From Candidatus Latescibacterota bacterium (GTDB lineage Bacteria; Latescibacterota; UBA2968), in contig OZ241986.1 of the NCBI GenBank assembly GCA_965204375.1, positions 2,656,001-2,720,000 of the forward strand: a stretch of 64,000 nucleotides of DNA, given 5' to 3'. The notes under the pieces were generated by a model. The model was not told the origin of the DNA and made no database searches. It saw only the letters and a list, made by a program, of their open reading frames with translations. The first letter of the stretch is position 1. Every line of letters begins with the position of its first letter. Below are positions 51,694 to 60,963 of this stretch, one piece after another. The translations under genes and the position numbers were made by a program.

Positions 51694-54600
51694 ATGGCTT
51701 TAGAAGAGATCCGTCAGAAAAGAACTGTGATTGATACGCCAAGAGCATCAGACCTCGCGGCGAGACCCGACGAATGGGAAAACCGTTTTCAATTTCACGT
51801 CTCAACGCATGTCACGCTTGCAGATATGACCGATAAGTGGGATGCCATTCTTAAAAATCTCCTACAAGGGCGTTCGGCAACCGGACTCATCCATGCTGAT
51901 ACAGGATATGGCAAAACCTCAACAGCAGCCGCACTTTGGCATTATGCCGAAAAACGTGATGTAGTCACTGTGCCACCTTTTGCGTGGAATAGCATTGCTG
52001 ACATGCTCATCGCAACGCACGGTTGGGTCTGTCATCGCTTGAAGGTGACCAGACCGGATCTAATTTCTGATTTAGACCAAGAATATAAAACGCTGATTGC
52101 AAGTAGTAATGAAGATAGAGCGCTCAGAATAAGCCAAGAAGAAGAAGTTCCACTCGATTATGCTCGAAAGTCTGTCCAGTCCCTCAAAGCAAGGGGAGAT
52201 TTAACGGATGAGGTTTCCGCGAATCGTCTCATTGACTACCTGCTAAAGGCAACTTCAACGGTTCTTGAGGCAGACTACAAAGGGTTGCTTATTCTGCCAG
52301 ATGAGTTCGAACTTTTTGCCAATACGAACCCAGACATCGCCAAGAATTTTTCTGAACTCAAAGATTTTATTTTTTCGCTCTATCAAGAAGAGAATCTCCC
52401 AGTCGGCTGTGTGGTTCTGACCTACCGCCGAACATTTTCAACAATCCAAAACAGGGAACCTCACATAGTCGCACGTTTCAACCAGCCTCCAGGGAGTTCA
52501 ACGGACCTTGAGCAAGAATATGGAAAAATTGAAAACGGCAAATCTTTCGCCCACGAACTTTGGGAAAAGTTATCTATTACTTGTGACCTATCCAACGAGG
52601 AGCAAAATGCTATTGATCCAGATGTGCTGTTTGCCCTCGGACAATTTTTGGGGCATCAACGCACAACCCAACTGATTAGTGGCCCCAGGTCCGTTGTCGC
52701 GACGTTGCAACGAGCAGCTATTCACTACACTGAAACGCAACAGCCATATTCAATTTTCGATTTTTGTAAAGATTATATCTCTCAAGGCATCATCTGCTTC
52801 AACAACCAAGAAATCGACGCGGTCAAAGCCTATACCTCAATCATGAGCCAACCCATCATCGACGGTAACGAGGCGAGGCAACAAGTCGTCAAACTCCTAT
52901 GCATCTGTCCAGATGGCGTGCCGGAGGCACTTTTCAAGAAGCACAACATTTCTGATAAAGATCGCGCAGCAGTTGTGAATAAGTTATTGGGTACACACGT
53001 TATTAGAAAAATCATCGGACCGACATTAACCCACTACAAGGATGATCTGCAGGCAGGCGACGCACTCATTGAACTCCTAAAAGTCCTGAGGGATCAGTAC
53101 AACCCCGCAAGTCCAGAAACGCATCGCGCCGCTGTCAGGTCATTTGCAAATTTCATTTTACCCGAAATCTTCACTCAGACTGTAGGAGCATCCTTTACTG
53201 GTTGGGGAGGACTGAAAAAGATGGAAGGAGATATTGAACCGATATTTCAGGCTGCCTTATCGGGCAGTTCTCTCCGAGATTATCCTGATCGGACACTGAC
53301 AGTCCATGTTGGCACTGAGGAATTCCAAGAAATTAGCGGTGCCTATCGTGAAAGCCAGTTGTTCACCTCCTTTATTCTTAATACTCAGCAGGATAAGCAC
53401 ATCCCAAATACCTGTGACATTCATGCAGACAAGGTCTGTTTTCACCTCAACATCTCTGAAGCTATCGACAAACTAGAAATCCCAAAAGATATTGGCAAAC
53501 TCGGCGATCTCTTTCTCCCCGAGTCTGTTACCCCTTCGCTACTCTTGTCGATGCTCGACTTCTTTGCTCAAGAAACCACTCTTGCCCAAATCAAGGAGTT
53601 AAAACAGGACGCGCAGGTGCAACTCTTGGAAACCCAAATTCGTAACCAATTGATCGGTTACTTCTTCTCCGCTGAGGTCAAGAAAAGTGCTGTATCACAA
53701 CAGGCAGATTTAGCACAAGTGCCTGCAGGGAAAAATTTTGTTGAACGGGCTTTAGGTGTACTGATACGAAAAAAATTCAAATCATATCGTGCCATAGCGA
53801 TCTCACATCAGTGGAAAAAAAATTTGGGGATCTACATGCAGGTATTGAGAGACGCCGAAAATCTCGGAGTAAGGAGAGGTGAGGAACCGGTTGAAATGAT
53901 TGGCAGAGATGTGCCAAGGTTGTTTAATGTTGGTCAGCACACCACTTTTTCTAATACCTTCTACCCAGACGGTATTTTGCGTGATCTTTTGCTCGTCAAT
54001 GAACTTGACGTCAATGGAAAAACCGTAGCGGAAGGAGTTGAGGTTAAAAATAATCAGGGATCCGTTGCGGTATATCTCAAACTCCATGACATGGAAAAGC
54101 GCATTTTGAAGAGGCTGGAGAAAAGCGAAGAAAGCATCGTCGTTGATGGCAAGAGCACAGAAGCAATAAAATGCCACGAGATTTTCCAGCAGGAAGCAAA
54201 GTTTGGATATCTCAATGATGAAATTGAGGAGTTAATAAAAGTATTGACAGCAAGAGGATTAGTTGACCAAAAACAACAGCAAGGGAGGGATTACCTGTAT
54301 TGTGTTGAGACAGAAATCAATTTCGCCGAACTGCAAAGCAAATTCCAACGGCTTGAGGAAATTGAGGCACTGGCAAAATCAAATGGCTTCACCCCGGAAA
54401 GAGAAGGGAATAACTCGCTATCATCGGTTGGAGCAGATTTGCAGACAACCGGCATTGAGTTCGATGAAGTTCGCAAGGATTCATTACGGCAAAAACTCAA
54501 TTCCATTGAGCACGCTTTCACAACGCAGTGTGCAAGGTGGCTGGATACGGAAAAACAACGAGCCAATCAGAAACGCCATGAAATTGAGCCGTTGCGCCTT

Positions 54601-55779
54601 GATATTCCTAAAGTACTTGATGAAAAAACGGGACACCCATTGACAGAGTTTTCGACACTCCTGTTTAATAATATTCGCAGTGAGGTCAGGAAAGCGTATA
54701 CAGCTATCTCTGATCAAGTTTCCGCTTTACAGAATGAAGTCAAGAACACACTAAACGGAAAGTTACAAAAATACTACATGGAGGGTAGAAGTTCTGAAAC
54801 AGCAATTGACGTTGCGGCACAACTTCGGGACTTCTGCGGCGTGATTGATACAAAAATCGGTGTACTGCGGACTTCTCAAAAAAAGGCTGAACAACTTTAC
54901 ACATTTTTTGAGAAATGGCGCACGCTTGCCAGACAGATAGAAAATGATCGGCAAATGATGCACGATGCAAACTCCAACGATGCTATCAACAATCTTATTG
55001 GCCGGTTAGATACAGAACAGCAACAAATCAAAAAACATCTCGCTAATCGGACATTGAGTCTGAGCCAAGTCCTTGAAAATCATGAACACTTCGCCAAACG
55101 ATTCTTAGAAATCAAGGATGAATACGATCAGATTACTGCTAACCGGAGGGATGAATTTATCAAATTCCAAGCTGAAATTGAAAAGGAACTCAATGAATTG
55201 CTTGAAAAGCCTCATATCGGAGAACCCTACAATCCGTTAGACGAAGATGGATCCTACCGCCGAGTCCAGGAAAAAGTAGTTGAAAGAATTCAAGAATTCA
55301 GTGAAAAGGCAGTTAAGAGTGTTCAAGCCATCATGAGCGATCTGATGAAACCAATCGAAGTTTTCGAAGTCAAGCCCAAGGTCAAAAATGATGCTATGGC
55401 TTTGCAAGAGAAGCTCTCAGCATTAGAAATTCGGATCAGTCATATTGATCGGAAACTAAAACCTAATGGTATTGAGGATCAATTGTCCGAGTTAGTTCAA
55501 TCTTTGCTTAAAATGAGAGAAGAAGGTACAGAGTTGGTGCAGCAATGGGAAGATATTCAAGGTCAGTTAAGATGTGACAAGAGTGAGTTAAGTCCCAAGG
55601 CAAGAGCACTGTTGGACCTGATTGAAATGGATACAGACAAAGATTTCACAGAACTTATTATTGATCTCAGGCAGTCTGGAAATGAAATGTTTGGTTCGAC
55701 TTCAGAGATTATCGAGAGTCTGGAAGAATTATATCAATACAATTGGCTGAACATCAAAATCTCACGCACAACTGCATAA
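51694..55779 (+). CDS. Large BrxC-like P-loop ATPase with coiled coils
   Basis: 1361 aa; ADTGYGKTS, LLILPDEFE, SGPRSVV; long helical C-half; terminal wHTH-like LEELYQYNWLNIKI. Confidence 0.75.
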   Translation: MALEEIRQKRTVIDTPRASDLAARPDEWENRFQFHVSTHVTLADMTDKWDAILKNLLQGRSATGLIHADTGYGKTSTAAALWHYAEKRDVVTVPPFAWNSIADMLIATHGWVCHRLKVTRPDLISDLDQEYKTLIASSNEDRALRISQEEEVPLDYARKSVQSLKARGDLTDEVSANRLIDYLLKATSTVLEADYKGLLILPDEFELFANTNPDIAKNFSELKDFIFSLYQEENLPVGCVVLTYRRTFSTIQNREPHIVARFNQPPGSSTDLEQEYGKIENGKSFAHELWEKLSITCDLSNEEQNAIDPDVLFALGQFLGHQRTTQLISGPRSVVATLQRAAIHYTETQQPYSIFDFCKDYISQGIICFNNQEIDAVKAYTSIMSQPIIDGNEARQQVVKLLCICPDGVPEALFKKHNISDKDRAAVVNKLLGTHVIRKIIGPTLTHYKDDLQAGDALIELLKVLRDQYNPASPETHRAAVRSFANFILPEIFTQTVGASFTGWGGLKKMEGDIEPIFQAALSGSSLRDYPDRTLTVHVGTEEFQEISGAYRESQLFTSFILNTQQDKHIPNTCDIHADKVCFHLNISEAIDKLEIPKDIGKLGDLFLPESVTPSLLLSMLDFFAQETTLAQIKELKQDAQVQLLETQIRNQLIGYFFSAEVKKSAVSQQADLAQVPAGKNFVERALGVLIRKKFKSYRAIAISHQWKKNLGIYMQVLRDAENLGVRRGEEPVEMIGRDVPRLFNVGQHTTFSNTFYPDGILRDLLLVNELDVNGKTVAEGVEVKNNQGSVAVYLKLHDMEKRILKRLEKSEESIVVDGKSTEAIKCHEIFQQEAKFGYLNDEIEELIKVLTARGLVDQKQQQGRDYLYCVETEINFAELQSKFQRLEEIEALAKSNGFTPEREGNNSLSSVGADLQTTGIEFDEVRKDSLRQKLNSIEHAFTTQCARWLDTEKQRANQKRHEIEPLRLDIPKVLDEKTGHPLTEFSTLLFNNIRSEVRKAYTAISDQVSALQNEVKNTLNGKLQKYYMEGRSSETAIDVAAQLRDFCGVIDTKIGVLRTSQKKAEQLYTFFEKWRTLARQIENDRQMMHDANSNDAINNLIGRLDTEQQQIKKHLANRTLSLSQVLENHEHFAKRFLEIKDEYDQITANRRDEFIKFQAEIEKELNELLEKPHIGEPYNPLDEDGSYRRVQEKVVERIQEFSEKAVKSVQAIMSDLMKPIEVFEVKPKVKNDAMALQEKLSALEIRISHIDRKLKPNGIEDQLSELVQSLLKMREEGTELVQQWEDIQGQLRCDKSELSPKARALLDLIEMDTDKDFTELIIDLRQSGNEMFGSTSEIIESLEELYQYNWLNIKISRTTA

Positions 55780-55792
55780 AGCGAGGAGTAAA

Positions 55793-56923
55793 TTGGATAG
55801 GTTGTTCAAATCTCTAAAGAAAATTCCGTGCCTGACAAATCTACCAAAGGAGACGCGAGGACTATGGGAGATGTGCTTGGCTGATATTTGGTGTCCCAGT
55901 TCGCTAGCAGAATGGCGCGAGACTGTTGATGCTCCCTGGGAAGTTCCTGCAAAAGAAGTGCTCTTTGTGAATTTCCCAGAAGCTGAAAGCAAAGAATTGA
56001 CGGACACTTTTGGTTTTCCCAAAATTGACCTTCCTCCGTTACCTCTAATCGAATACGTAAACCAGAAATTACCCGAGCATTTCAACACCTTATGCACAGA
56101 CGACTCGAAACTCTTAAAACAATCACAACTCGTCCAGACAGTTACAGAACGCGTATCATATACGCTTCCCGACATTGTGGTTTTTCTGGTGCTTGATGGG
56201 CTGTCGTTGTACGATGTGGCAGATTGGGCATTCCCAAAATCTTGGCACATGATGTGTGAACCTTGTCTTGTTGATGGACTAAGCGTCACAACGAGTGGCA
56301 TGCGTCGGTTAATCGGGTCGCCACCCTTAACACATCAATTGTTTACATTAGGGTACATGCAGCGGTTAGGATTTTCATATTGGGAGCGTTCTAAAAATCA
56401 GCTTACTAACATACTCTTTTCCGAATTTCCACCGAGCCAATTGTTTCGCATCACAACCTTTGAAGAGATTTTAGATAGATTACAGAATACGGACATACCC
56501 AACCGAACGTTCATCCAAATTGTCCGCACAGGACTCGATGGGGTCTGCCACAATCACAGAGAAAAACCGAATATAGACGCAATGCTTAGTCAACTTAAAT
56601 TGGACATTGAGCAGATTGTCGAAGCGGTTGGCTCATCTCAGAAAACGGTACGGGTTTTTATAACCAGCGACCATGGGATTCTTTGGTTCACAAAACAAAA
56701 AGTGATGCCATTTCAATCGGGTAATACCTCCGCTCGTTATACTTATGCGGAATCCTCACCTGACACATCAAGAATCACCATTGCTGAATCCGGAGAGCCA
56801 GTTACAGTTTTGACAGGCGATAAAGTCATCGCCAGAAAATGTAAAGTGACGGAGTGGGGATTTCACGGTGGGATTTCTGCACAAGAATCTTTCGTGCCTT
56901 TATTCGACATCACACCCATATAG
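55793..56923 (+). CDS. PglZ-like alkaline-phosphatase-superfamily protein
   Basis: FLVLDGLS, SVTT, FITSDHG, GFHGGISAQESFVP; GAGGAG SD then TTG. Confidence 0.85.
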   Translation: MDRLFKSLKKIPCLTNLPKETRGLWEMCLADIWCPSSLAEWRETVDAPWEVPAKEVLFVNFPEAESKELTDTFGFPKIDLPPLPLIEYVNQKLPEHFNTLCTDDSKLLKQSQLVQTVTERVSYTLPDIVVFLVLDGLSLYDVADWAFPKSWHMMCEPCLVDGLSVTTSGMRRLIGSPPLTHQLFTLGYMQRLGFSYWERSKNQLTNILFSEFPPSQLFRITTFEEILDRLQNTDIPNRTFIQIVRTGLDGVCHNHREKPNIDAMLSQLKLDIEQIVEAVGSSQKTVRVFITSDHGILWFTKQKVMPFQSGNTSARYTYAESSPDTSRITIAESGEPVTVLTGDKVIARKCKVTEWGFHGGISAQESFVPLFDITPI

Positions 56924-56935
56924 TAGGTAATTCAA

Positions 56936-58144
56936 ATGGCAGAAGTCAACTTGCGAATCGGTACAGAATACGAAAGCGACGAACTGATTTATATGAATGC
57001 GACAGGGTCACGTGCCGTTTTCATCTGCGGCAAGCGTGGATCTGGCAAAAGCTATACCATGGGAGTTATTATTGAAGAACTGTTCAACCAAGAACAGGAT
57101 GAGGCAACGATTATCATTGCCGACCCGATGGGAATTTACCACACGATGGCTCAGCCAAACGAAACGCAAGCCGATGAAGTCCGTGATGCCGGATTTCTTA
57201 CCAGTGGTTTTCCCGTTCGACTCATTGTCCCAGGCGATCCCTTGATTCGATACGGTGATGCTGCGGTGCTTGCGAAGTTACGAGAAAACGAGGTCGAAGT
57301 CGTTCCACTTGAAATTAACGCCGCTGACCTTTCTCCCGAGGCCTGGTGTGAGTTGTTCGACATTGGCATAAACGACGCAATGGGAATTGTTTTGTGGAGA
57401 GCTGTTGATACACTTCTTGAAAAAGATCAACATTTTACGATTGATGATATTCTTTCGGCAATCCAAGAAGACCGAAAGGCAAAAGATACCTCCAAAGAGG
57501 CTTTAGAAAATCGGCTAACGGTGGCTAATCGCTGGGGAATTTTCGCAAAAGAACCAACTTCGTTGAATGATTTATTTCTCTTAAATCATATTAACATCTT
57601 AGACCTTAGTGTGATTGATGCAGGTACAAAAGGACTACGTAACATGGTACTCGATGTTGTCTCCCGTCGTCTTTTTACTGAACGAACCCGAGAAAGACGT
57701 AGAGAGGAGTTTGGATTATCTACAAAACTACCGCGGGTTTGGCTGGCGATTGACGAAGCTCATCAATTTGTCCCAAAAGGACGAGCCTCGCTCTGCAAGG
57801 AAATGCTCATTCGTTGGGTGAAAGAAGGACGTCAGCCGGGACTTAGCCTCGTTGTAGCAACCCAACAGCCAGCTGCGATTGACCCTGAGCTATTATCACA
57901 ATGCGATGTCATTGTCGCACATAAAATTACAACTTGGGATGACATTAACGCACTTGACCGACTGAGTGCTACTTACATGGAAGGGGACTTAAAGAGCTAC
58001 ATTCGCGATCTGAATCGTAGGGGTGAAGCCTTGTTAGTCGATGATGAAACTGAGTCTGTTGCGACAATTCGAGTTCGCCCGCGATTTAGTTCGCATGGCG
58101 GTGCTGAAATTCAAGAGAAGACTATCCAGAAATTTTTATTTTAA
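56936..58144 (+). CDS. HerA/FtsK-family (DUF87-like) ATPase
   Basis: ICGKRGSGKSYT, DPMG, IDEAHQF, KEGRQPG, ATQQP. Confidence 0.9.
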   Translation: MAEVNLRIGTEYESDELIYMNATGSRAVFICGKRGSGKSYTMGVIIEELFNQEQDEATIIIADPMGIYHTMAQPNETQADEVRDAGFLTSGFPVRLIVPGDPLIRYGDAAVLAKLRENEVEVVPLEINAADLSPEAWCELFDIGINDAMGIVLWRAVDTLLEKDQHFTIDDILSAIQEDRKAKDTSKEALENRLTVANRWGIFAKEPTSLNDLFLLNHINILDLSVIDAGTKGLRNMVLDVVSRRLFTERTRERRREEFGLSTKLPRVWLAIDEAHQFVPKGRASLCKEMLIRWVKEGRQPGLSLVVATQQPAAIDPELLSQCDVIVAHKITTWDDINALDRLSATYMEGDLKSYIRDLNRRGEALLVDDETESVATIRVRPRFSSHGGAEIQEKTIQKFLF

Positions 58145-58201
58145 CGTCTCATTTACTCCAAGCTAATCATACAATCCAAAATATTTGAAAGGAGACCAAC
58201 C

Positions 58202-58492
58202 ATGCAAACTCCAACAAAAGAATGGATACACAAGGCGGTGGATGGGCTTCCTGATCAAGAGACAGAACAACTGAAAGACTACCTCGAATTTCTAACCTGG
58301 AAAGCCAAGGAGAAGAAATCATCGTCGGAGCAAAGAAAAAAAAATCCGACTGCGCAACGCATTATCAAAGCAATGGAAAAACCGCCCTATGTCACGCATG
58401 AAGACATCGAATCACTTTTACAAGTGATCAAAGAAGCAAAGCAACCGACACATTTTGAGTCACCCTTTGAGTCGGATGAGCAAAAAGATTAA
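58202..58492 (+). CDS. Putative antitoxin
   Basis: AAGGAG SD; 96 aa; TAATG overlap with PIN gene. Confidence 0.65.
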   Translation: MQTPTKEWIHKAVDGLPDQETEQLKDYLEFLTWKAKEKKSSSEQRKKNPTAQRIIKAMEKPPYVTHEDIESLLQVIKEAKQPTHFESPFESDEQKD

Positions 58493-58911
58493 TGAGCAGA
58501 TATCTATTAGAAACCACAACTTGTAGCCGCTTGATGGAAAATGAACCCACCGTCAAGAGGCATTTGGAATCTCTGACCGATTTGGACTACTCCTTCACTA
58601 TTCCTATCGTCCACGGAGAGATACTGTATGGGATTGAACGGTTGCCAAAAGGAAAAAGAAAGCGAGATATTTCGCAGAGGGCCAATCGTCTTTTTTCCGA
58701 AATTCAATGCGACCCCATTCCAAAAGAAACGGCCACCCACTACGCAAAACTCAAACGGCAAGCCGAGGGACAGGGAACCTCCGTCGCAGAAAATGACCTC
58801 TGGATCGCTGCGACAGCTCTGGCGTTAGATGCGATTCTGGTGACTTCTGATACTGATTTTCAGAGGATTCAGGGATTGTTGGGTTTGCAGTTAGAGGATT
58901 GGACTACTTGA
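58492..58911 (+). CDS. vapC: PIN-domain VapC toxin
   Basis: YLLETT, GEILYG, ENDLWIAATAL, LVTSD.DF, LEDW. Confidence 0.88.
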   Translation: MSRYLLETTTCSRLMENEPTVKRHLESLTDLDYSFTIPIVHGEILYGIERLPKGKRKRDISQRANRLFSEIQCDPIPKETATHYAKLKRQAEGQGTSVAENDLWIAATALALDAILVTSDTDFQRIQGLLGLQLEDWTT

Positions 58912-58932
58912 CGACATATTGAGGATAAAAAA

Positions 58933-60063
58933 ATGTGTTTTAGAAAACCTGGCTGGACCAGTTTTTTGCGACACCAGGGTCCCGATTTTCTCAAATGGAT
59001 TGAGAAAGAAAATATTCTATTGAGGAAATTTGATGCATTAGCGACAGCACTATATTCACTACTAAAGGCTCGTATCAATACAACCGAGGCCGCTCAGGCT
59101 GTCTGGAGAACTGTTCCAGATGTATTGGCTCGCTGTAACGAACAAGACACCTATGAAAAGCCGGGAGCATTTGATGCATACGCTTGGCTACACTTGTTAG
59201 AACGCTATGTCCGAACCTGGCTCGCTCTGGAAAAACTTGTAGAGGCGTGTTGCCTTCCATTAGCAAAGCACGGGATACGTGCTTTGGATGTGGGAACTGG
59301 CCCTGGCCCATCCGCATTTGCGGTTCACGACTTTTACAGTGCTATGACCGAATTTTCTGAACAGACAGGTAATTTGAAATGGAGACAACCCGCCAAGGTC
59401 ACTCCTGTCGATCTTAGCCATAGCACCAATGAGCTACGATATCAGCTCGAACAGTCTCTACGAAAATCGGAAAAAGTAATTATACAATACGACGTCTTGC
59501 CGAATTTTGGCAACATTATGCCAAGGCAAGAACGTGAAGCACTCAGAGAACGTTTACTTTATGAGGACGTGTACTTCGATGAAGACCATGGTGAGGAAGA
59601 ATCTTGGTACTCGGCAGATGAGATCAATCACATAGTTCAATCTTTGCATCGATACCGCCTGATTACATTTAGTAACTTTCTTACTACTGAGGATACGGTA
59701 AACAAATTCAGACCTAATCTTGACGGTATTTTTCGCGATGCCCGTACAGGCACTGTCATCCTGGTACTTGGCGGCAAAGGAAAAAAGTATCAAAAAATAT
59801 ATAAAAAGTTGGACTGCATAGCTGAACAGACAGGATTTCAACGGAAAGTTGTCGAGGAAAGAATATCTGCCAAAGACAGCGGACTCGCCGAACGAATCTA
59901 CAAAGAAGGCTGGCGATTTTACAAACACCTCCAATGCCTCGCTCCAAATGAAAACCCTAAGGCAAGGGAGACACGAAAAGTATGTCAAGAGTTTAAAAAC
60001 GGAAAACTGTGTTTCCATTCCAGTCAGCTACGCGCATACCGAAAATACCGCTATACAATGTAG
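58933..60063 (+). CDS. SAM-dependent methyltransferase-like protein (Rsm22-like motif)
   Basis: ALDVGTGPGP motif I, VDLS, LITFSNFL, GTVILVLG. Confidence 0.6.
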   Translation: MCFRKPGWTSFLRHQGPDFLKWIEKENILLRKFDALATALYSLLKARINTTEAAQAVWRTVPDVLARCNEQDTYEKPGAFDAYAWLHLLERYVRTWLALEKLVEACCLPLAKHGIRALDVGTGPGPSAFAVHDFYSAMTEFSEQTGNLKWRQPAKVTPVDLSHSTNELRYQLEQSLRKSEKVIIQYDVLPNFGNIMPRQEREALRERLLYEDVYFDEDHGEEESWYSADEINHIVQSLHRYRLITFSNFLTTEDTVNKFRPNLDGIFRDARTGTVILVLGGKGKKYQKIYKKLDCIAEQTGFQRKVVEERISAKDSGLAERIYKEGWRFYKHLQCLAPNENPKARETRKVCQEFKNGKLCFHSSQLRAYRKYRYTM

Positions 60064-60123
60064 TAAACACATTTTCTGGATACTCAAATATTGCGATCCA
60101 TTCTCCTCATGAGGCGATCAACT

Positions 60124-60303
60124 ATGAAGACGAAGAAGACATTTGATTGCGTTGAGATGAAACACCGTGGCGCAGAACGAATCTACAATCAAATAGCAAA
60201 CATGACACTCAAAGAACAACTAACTTTCTGGAGAGAACGTACCGAGTTGCTGCGAAAGCATCAGCAAAGGGTACAAATGAGAAGCAAGACATCTGCGAAT
60301 TAA
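60124..60303 (+). CDS. Small protein of the type found downstream of PIN toxins
   Basis: MKTKKTFDCVEMKHRGAERIYNQIANMTLKEQLTFW; preceded by PIN C-terminal-like remnant GYSNIAIHSPHEAI. Confidence 0.65.
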   Translation: MKTKKTFDCVEMKHRGAERIYNQIANMTLKEQLTFWRERTELLRKHQQRVQMRSKTSAN

Positions 60304-60338
60304 AAAAGCAAAGCAACCGACACAAATTAGGTGACACG

Positions 60339-60848
60339 ATGTGGCATCAATTGGGAATCATCGCGCTTGGTATCGCGCTATATGCGTGTGGCCCCGATGT
60401 TCAATTGGTAAAAGATGAACACGAAGAGTATTATGTGTATTGGGATGACGCCCACAAACGGTATTTCAGACATGGGTTATACCAGTCATTTTACGAAAGT
60501 GGTCGCCAGCGATCGGTTGGCAAATACGAACAAGACATAAAAGTAGGTATTTGGACACACTGGTATGAAAACGGGCAAAAACAGGGAGAAATGGACTGGG
60601 TAGATGGCAAGCCCGAAGGCGTAGTGACAGAATGGTACAAAAACGGACAGCAAAAAAATACGGGAACGTGGGAAAATGGTGGGCGACATGGTCTCTCGAC
60701 CTGGTGGTATGCAAACGGACAAAAGCAAAAAGAAGTGAACTACATAGAGGGAGAACCCGACGGAATCTGGACGTATTGGGATTCGACAGGTGTAATAACA
60801 AAAAAGCAGTACTGGGATCGCGGTGCATTCTTACGGGTTGACGAATAG
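60339..60848 (+). CDS. MORN-variant repeat (YwqK-like) lipoprotein
   Basis: Lipobox LYAC; repeated WYENGQK...G...G..T.W units. Confidence 0.85.
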   Translation: MWHQLGIIALGIALYACGPDVQLVKDEHEEYYVYWDDAHKRYFRHGLYQSFYESGRQRSVGKYEQDIKVGIWTHWYENGQKQGEMDWVDGKPEGVVTEWYKNGQQKNTGTWENGGRHGLSTWWYANGQKQKEVNYIEGEPDGIWTYWDSTGVITKKQYWDRGAFLRVDE

Positions 60849-60885
60849 ACGAATAGACGAATAGACGAATAGACGAATAGACGAA
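60840..60885 (+). repeat. Octamer tandem repeat (GACGAATA)x5.75
   Basis: Perfect units beginning at the last codons and stop of the upstream gene. Confidence 0.9.
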
Positions 60886-60963
60886 CCCTACCCCACTACC
60901 CAAAATCACTATGAGCTTTGATGAACTGCTGGCGCAGTTGTATCTCGCCTGAAAGGATCAAAA

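Larger units (their letters stand above)
46016..60303 (+). other. Accessory defence island
   Basis: Visibly more AT-rich than the flanks (not computed); all genes on + strand; defence-type domains and a TA pair between housekeeping genes; no integrase seen. Confidence 0.75.

Noticed and set aside
51694-55779. SMC/Wadjet JetC or SbcC
   Set aside because: Walker A and B are both N-terminal; no C-terminal ABC signature.
46016-60303. Prophage, ICE or transposon
   Set aside because: No integrase, transposase, structural or conjugation genes, tRNA or att pair recognised.
60339-60848. YwqK antitoxin as part of the defence island
   Set aside because: Generic MORN-variant repeats with a lipobox and no adjacent toxin; more likely backbone next to polA.
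60840-60885. CRISPR array (also considered for the heptamer arrays)
   Set aside because: Units are 7-8 nt with no unique spacers, and no cas genes are present.
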